A DNA stretch of 32,000 nucleotides, from positions 330,001 through 362,000 of the forward strand of contig NZ_CP059199.1 of NCBI RefSeq assembly GCF_014251775.1. The letters run 5' to 3'. Position numbers and translations under genes: made by a program. This document shows, in pieces, positions 29,383-32,000 of this stretch (within the stretch, counting starts at the first letter, position 1; each line of letters opens with the position of its first letter). The DNA comes from Candidatus Saccharimonadota bacterium. Lineage in GTDB: Bacteria; Bacteroidota; Bacteroidia; Flavobacteriales; Blattabacteriaceae. The notes below the pieces were generated by a model. It was not told where the DNA came from. It saw nothing but the letters and a program-made list of their open reading frames with translations, and searched no databases.

Positions 29383-29934
29383 TTAAGCTGATTTTCCAGC
29401 TTTTCTTCTAATTTCTTCTCCTAAATATCTAATTCCTTTTCCTTTATACGGTTCAGGAACTCTAAATGATCTTATTTTAGCTGAAAAAATACCTAATAAT
29501 TGTTTATTATAAGATTTTAAAATTAAAATAGTATTTTTACCTTTTTTTGATTTTATATTTAATTCTATTTCTTGAGGGACTTGAATCATTATATCGTGAG
29601 AGAAACCCAAATTCATATTTAAAATTCTATTTGATAAAAAATATTCTGCTCTATACCCCACTCCAACTAATTCTAATTCTTTTATAAATCCTAAAGTAAC
29701 TCCAATAATCATATTATTTATCAAAACACGATATAAACCATGTATAGATTTGGATATTTTATCATTATTTTTTCTAGATATATATAAATAATTATCTTTT
29801 ATTATTAAATTTAATTTTTCATCAATTTCTTCTTTTATAACTCCTAATTTTCCTTTTATTACAATAATATTATTATTTTTTTCTAAATTAATTTCATCAG
29901 GAATTAATATAGGTTTATTACCTATTCTTGACAT
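29383..29934 (-). CDS. rplF: 50S ribosomal protein L6
   Basis: 183 aa. MSRIGNKPILIP, GVGYRA and PEPYKGKGIRYLGEEIRRKAGK are canonical. Confidence 0.95.
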   Translation of the reverse strand: MSRIGNKPILIPDEINLEKNNNIIVIKGKLGVIKEEIDEKLNLIIKDNYLYISRKNNDKISKSIHGLYRVLINNMIIGVTLGFIKELELVGVGYRAEYFLSNRILNMNLGFSHDIMIQVPQEIELNIKSKKGKNTILILKSYNKQLLGIFSAKIRSFRVPEPYKGKGIRYLGEEIRRKAGKSA

Positions 29935-29964
29935 GATTATTATTAATTAACAAAATAAACATTT

Positions 29965-30345
29965 TCAATAAACATAACATAATATTTCTCCTCCTATTTT
30001 ATTTTTTTTTGCACTTTTATCTGACATTATTCCATGAGAAGTAGAAACAATAGCAATTCCTAATCCATTTAAAACCCTAGGTAATTTTTTATATTTACAA
30101 TATATTCTTAATCCTGGTTTGCTAATTCTAATTAAATTTTTAATAACTGGTTTATTTTTATAATATTTTAATGCTAGTTTAATTAGATTTTTTTCTTTTT
30201 CTATTTTATATCCTAATATATAACCGTTTTTCAATAAGACTATGGAAATATTTTCTTTAATTTTAGATAATTCTGTTACCAAAATTTTATGTCCAACATT
30301 AGAGGCATTTCTAATCATAGTTAAAAAATTAGCAATTGAATCCAT
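29965..30345 (-). CDS. rpsH: 30S ribosomal protein S8
   Basis: 126 aa. DSIANFLTMIRNA, GLGIAIVSTSHGIMSDKSAKKNKIGGEILCYVY. Confidence 0.95.
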   Translation of the reverse strand: MDSIANFLTMIRNASNVGHKILVTELSKIKENISIVLLKNGYILGYKIEKEKNLIKLALKYYKNKPVIKNLIRISKPGLRIYCKYKKLPRVLNGLGIAIVSTSHGIMSDKSAKKNKIGGEILCYVY

Positions 30346-30414
30346 TTATTATTTTTAATTTATTTTTTTATAATATATATAAATTATATAAATAATCTAA
30401 TAATATTATTAAAT

Positions 30415-30684
30415 CTACCAACTAGCTTTTTTTATCCCTGGAATTAATCCTTGAGATACTAAACTTCTAAAAACTATCCTAGATACTCCAAACTTTCTAA
30501 TATATCCTCTACATCTTCCAGATATAGTACATCTATTTCTTAAACGTACTGGAGATGCATTTCTAGGCAATCTTTGTAATAATTCATAATTTTTACTTTT
30601 TTTTAAAAATTTTCTTTTTTCATAAAATTTTAATACCATTTTTTCTCTCTTTTTTTGTCTTGCTTTTACAGATTCTTTAGCCAT
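30415..30684 (-). CDS. rpsN: 30S ribosomal protein S14 (long, non-zinc type)
   Basis: 89 aa. [14 protein letters not shown]... [25 protein letters not shown]...KASW. Confidence 0.95.
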   Translation of the reverse strand: MAKESVKARQKKREKMVLKFYEKRKFLKKSKNYELLQRLPRNASPVRLRNRCTISGRCRGYIRKFGVSRIVFRSLVSQGLIPGIKKASW

Positions 30685-30687
30685 ATA

Positions 30688-31263
30688 TTAATTTTTTTTT
30701 TTAAATGGAATTCCTAATAAAGATAAAAGACCTTTAGATTCCAAATATTTTGTTGTAGAAATTACAAATGTAATATTCATTCCCATATTTTTTCTAATTT
30801 CATCTATATTTATTTCTGGAAAAATTATTTGTTCTTTAATTCCAATATTATAATTTCCACAATTATCAAATCCACTATTGGATAATCCATTAAAATCTCT
30901 TACTCTAGGTAAATAAACTACAATAAGTCTTTCCAGGAATTCATACATTTTATCTCTTCTTAATGTTACTTTTACACCTATAGGGGTCCCTTTTCTTAAT
31001 TTAAATCCAGATTCGTCATGTTTAGAATAACAAATAATTGCTTTTTGTCCACTTATATTTGTTAATTCTTTTAAAGAAGAGTCTAATATTTTTTTATCAT
31101 TTAAATAAGTACTACCTATTCCCTGATGAATTACAATTTTTAATAATTTAGGAACTTCCATAATAGAATTATACCCAAATTTTTTCATTAATTTTTTAGT
31201 TACATTTTTTTTATAAAAATTATATAATTGAGGGGTGTAATCAGAAAAATTATTTAGATTCAT
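30688..31263 (-). CDS. rplE: 50S ribosomal protein L5
   Basis: 191 aa. YTPQLYNFYKKNVTKKLMKKFGYNSIMEVPKLLKIVIHQGIG and MYEFLERLI are canonical. The start overlaps the rplX 3' end by 14 nt. Confidence 0.9.
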   Translation of the reverse strand: MNLNNFSDYTPQLYNFYKKNVTKKLMKKFGYNSIMEVPKLLKIVIHQGIGSTYLNDKKILDSSLKELTNISGQKAIICYSKHDESGFKLRKGTPIGVKVTLRRDKMYEFLERLIVVYLPRVRDFNGLSNSGFDNCGNYNIGIKEQIIFPEINIDEIRKNMGMNITFVISTTKYLESKGLLSLLGIPFKKKN

Positions 31264-31927
31264 TTTTATTAATCTTTTTTAGATTAGATAAATGTATATA
31301 ATATCTATTTTTTGATTCTTTATTAAAACTTTTTTTCAAATTATTATTAAAATTCTTTTTCAAATTTTTATTAAAATAATTTTTCAAATTATTATTAAAA
31401 TTTTTTTTCAAATTTTTATTAAGATAATTTTTTAAATTTTTATCAAAATAGTTTTTCAAATCTTTATCAAGATCATTTTTCAAATCTTTATCAAGATCAT
31501 TTTTTGAATCTTTATCAAGATCATTTTTCAAATCTTTATCAAGATCATTTTTTGAATCTTTATCAAGATCATTTTTTGAATCTTTATCAAGATCATTTTT
31601 TGAATCTTTATCAAGATCATTTTTCAAATCTTTATCAAGATCATTTTTTGAATCTTTATCAAGATCATTTTTTGAATCTTTATCAAGATCATTTTTTGAA
31701 TCTTTATCAGAATTATTTATATTTACATTTGTGATATCATTGTTTATATTGATATCACTGTTTACATTAGTGATATCACTAAACTTAGTGATATCACTAT
31801 TAATAATATCACTAAAAATAGCTTTATTTTTTTTTGTTAAAATTTTTAATACAATTCCTTTTTTCCCTTTGTGATTTCCAGATAATACAATTACTTTATC
31901 CCCTTTTTTTATCTTAAATTTTTTCAT
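31250..31927 (-). CDS. rplX: 50S ribosomal protein L24, highly aberrant: KOW domain + ~165-aa repeat insertion + short conserved strand, C-terminus missing
   Basis: Canonical position between rplN and rplE. The N-terminal KOW motif KKGDKVIVLSGNHKGKKGIVLKILTKKNKAI is present. Residues ~38-201 are low-complexity repeats. YYIHLSNL resembles the conserved (P)IHxSNV strand. Total length is 225 aa versus about 100-110 aa for normal bacterial L24. Confidence 0.75.
   Translation of the reverse strand: MKKFKIKKGDKVIVLSGNHKGKKGIVLKILTKKNKAIFSDIINSDITKFSDITNVNSDININNDITNVNINNSDKDSKNDLDKDSKNDLDKDSKNDLDKDLKNDLDKDSKNDLDKDSKNDLDKDSKNDLDKDLKNDLDKDSKNDLDKDLKNDLDKDLKNYFDKNLKNYLNKNLKKNFNNNLKNYFNKNLKKNFNNNLKKSFNKESKNRYYIHLSNLKKINKNESK
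31325..31708 (-). repeat. 16 tandem in-frame copies of a 24-nt unit (gat aaa gat tca/ttg aaa aat gat ctt = DKD[S/L]KNDL): 10 near-perfect copies, then 6 decayed
   Basis: Direct reading. The plus strand shows aagatcatttttt(g/c)a(a)atctttatc iterated. Near-perfect units occupy 31469-31708. Decayed units (DKDLKNYF, DKNLKNYL, NKNLKKNF, NNNLKNYF, NKNLKKNF, NNNLKKSF) occupy 31325-31468. Confidence 0.95.
31731..31815 (-). repeat. Degenerate 18-21-nt tandem repeat carrying the palindrome GATATC (encodes SDITN[V/F]N-like units)
   Basis: gtgatatcac(t) recurs at about 31731, 31750, 31770 and 31788, with a degenerate copy (aatatcact) at about 31806. It lies immediately N-terminal to the 24-nt array in the L24 reading frame. 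Confidence 0.8.
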
Positions 31928-31940
31928 ATTTTTTATTATA

Positions 31941-32000
31941 TTATAACACCTCTTGTGCTAAAGATATAATTTTCATATATTCTTTTTCTCTTAATTCTCT
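31941..32000 (-). CDS. rplN: 50S ribosomal protein L14, 3' end only (gene continues off-window)
   Basis: Minus-strand translation from base 32000 gives RELREKEYMKIISLAQEVL*, the conserved L14 C-terminus. The stop codon is at 31941-31943. Confidence 0.85.
   Translation of the reverse strand, partial: RELREKEYMKIISLAQEVL

Noticed and set aside
31504-31734. 76-aa plus-strand ORF (NLYQDHF[S/L] repeats) antisense to the L24 repeat array
   Set aside because: It is open only because the 24-nt unit is stop-free in that frame too. It shows that repeat tracts yield long ORFs trivially, and I use it as a caution when interpreting the rplX frame.

Overview
This is a very AT-rich, gene-dense window: about 38 protein genes, 1 tRNA and 1 pseudogene, with most gaps under 100 bp. 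Gene content and order match a reduced-genome Flavobacteriales (Bacteroidota) insect endosymbiont. It is most consistent with a Blattabacterium-like organism, but that is an inference from content and order, not a database hit.

Layout, left to right:
- sodA (5' end cut by the window), folB, tRNA-Cys, a decayed hemD-like pseudogene, glmS, a glycogen-synthase-like gene, rnr and coaD.
- A 470-bp spacer, then a class A PBP (mrcA).
- A cysE-cysK-cysJ cluster, then icd.
- A menB-menA-(MBL hydrolase)-menC-menE operon, an NhaD-like transporter and eno.
- The distal part of the ribosomal protein/secY/rpoA cluster, rplN to rplQ, all on the minus strand.

I found no transposases, integrases, phage genes, CRISPR arrays, toxin/defence modules or other accessory islands, and I cannot support a novel multi-gene system here.

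The most unusual signals are two in-frame tandem-repeat expansions inside core housekeeping genes:
- About 42 copies of a 27-nt unit (KPETKSTGK) form a ~380-aa C-terminal tail on PBP1A.
- About 16 copies of a 24-nt unit (DKDSKNDL), plus a second short repeat, replace the middle of ribosomal protein L24.

Secondary observations:
- The hemD-like pseudogene was inactivated by a 7-bp tandem duplication plus two in-frame stops.
- A UPF0173-type metallo-beta-lactamase-fold hydrolase sits inside the men operon and is a candidate for the missing DHNA-CoA thioesterase step.
- rpmD is absent from its usual slot.
- The 470-bp non-coding spacer is atypically long and carries inverted repeats.
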